A stretch of 64,000 nt of DNA, taken from contig MU626332.1 of NCBI GenBank assembly GCA_025603075.1, positions 1 to 64,000 of the forward strand. The letters are read 5' to 3'. Made by a program: the position numbers and the translations under genes. Origin of the DNA: Neoconidiobolus thromboides FSU 785. Its lineage: Eukaryota > Fungi > Entomophthoromycota. Positions 62,785 to 64,000 of the stretch are shown piece after piece. Every line of letters starts with the position of its first letter. The first letter of the stretch is position 1. Below the pieces are notes generated by a model. That model saw only the letters and a list, made by a program, of their open reading frames with translations, did not search any database and was not told the origin of the DNA.

Positions 62785-64000
62785 ATGGTTGGTAAAAGAG
62801 GAAGACGTAGTACTGGGACTCCAAGCACCCGAAGAACAAGGGCAACGGCAAATAGTGAGCCATTGGAAGCTTCCCAAACTATTACTTCGGATCATACTGG
62901 AGAAGGGGTTGAAAATGTAACTGTGGAACTCGAATCGGGTAGTCAAATGGATTCAAACACTCAAGAAGCGAGTAAAACTCCTGTTCAGGCTAATGAAGAC
63001 GAAAAATCGGCTTTAGGGTCAGGTGAACAAATGGAGCTGAATCAAGAAGAAGTTGATTCTAATGAAATGGTAGTTAGTTCCGTTATTAAAATTATTGAGA
63101 TTCAAGAAGAGGATATAGGAGATAATTTAAATAAAGTGAGTGTAGCTGAAAGCGAAGCTCATAGTCATCAAGTTTGGGAACATGGTGAAAGTACTTTTGT
63201 TTATACAGCTGATAATGAAACAAATAAGATCATTGTTGAAGAGGCATCCGATAATCTTCAAGAAGAGGCCAGCCTCTTGGAGCAAGTTAATGAAGAAATG
63301 ATTCCTCAGGAAGAGATTAATGAAATAATTTCCAAGTTGAAAAAGGATATGATTGGTATTTCTGCATGTTTGAAATTATATCAGAACAAGAATTTTGGTA
63401 ATCTAAAATTTAATAATTTTATATTTATAAAGGCTAATTGTTTCTTCTAGAAAATTATGAAGCTCATAGCTATATTGAAAAGCTTAGGAGAAGTACTGAT
63501 AAAATCGTAGAGGATTATAGCAAAGTATACGACCAAGCAGTCAAATTAAAAAAGACTTGTGACTATATTAAAGGAAAATATGATACTCTGTATAATAAAA
63601 CTGTTACCATTTTGGGTTCTGAAAGTCTAAATGAAGAAAAAGAAGAGCTTATAAGTAAAGTTAAATCTTTGGAGGTAAATCTTGTTTTACAATTTTATAA
63701 GTAATTATAGTAAAGTTATTTTTTAGTTTTATAAAACTCAACTTGAAGTTGAAGTGAAAAAGATTGAGCCATTAAAAAATATGGTAGAGGCACTTGAAAA
63801 AGAGAAAGAGAAAAATAGAAAAGATATTGCAGAAAAGTAAATATATTAATATTGATGATATAAAATAAATCTTAAATGAACTAAATAGGAGAGATCACAT
63901 TGATAGATTAAATGAACAAGTTAGACATAAAAGTCAAGAGCTTAATTCCAAAGATATTTTAATTCATGAGTTAAAAAATAACCAGAATTTAATTGAAGAT
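62785..64000 (+). CDS. Hypothetical acidic / coiled-coil protein, 3' partial
   Basis: Basic N-terminus (KRGRR), long E/S-rich region, then coiled-coil exons joined by short introns; runs off the window. Confidence 0.7.

Noticed and set aside
59378-62946. ORFs 59378-59638, 62504-62707 and 62716-62946
   Set aside because: Antisense shadows or low-complexity intergenic frames.

Overview
Very AT-rich eukaryotic DNA with short (about 42-60 nt) GT-AG introns. The gene content fits an early-diverging fungus, plausibly Zoopagomycota/Entomophthorales (inference only). The window has two compartments. Bases ~1-45 kb are gene-sparse and repeat-rich. They hold about 25 copies of a ~100-bp MITE with 4-bp AWWT target duplications and six copies or derivatives of a ~460-bp TG...CA solo-LTR-like element, clustered in inverted arrangements. 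The genes there are three intronless Gti1/Pac2 (WOPR) transcription factors, an intronless frequenin/NCS-1, a tandem pair of orphan paralogues, a rhodopsin-like GPCR plus a GPCR pseudogene, ribokinase plus a pseudogene, a Pmp3 proteolipid, three tRNAs, and a three-copy hemerythrin (HHE) array that the ORF track only shows as fragments. Bases ~46-64 kb are gene-dense, intron-rich and MITE-free: HSF-type factor, NAC-beta, Tem1/Spg1, Las1, Get5, mitochondrial GluRS, a possible SLF2/Nse6-like protein, a DUF202 protein and a coiled-coil gene running off the end. All splicing, translation and alignment was done by eye; no searches were run.
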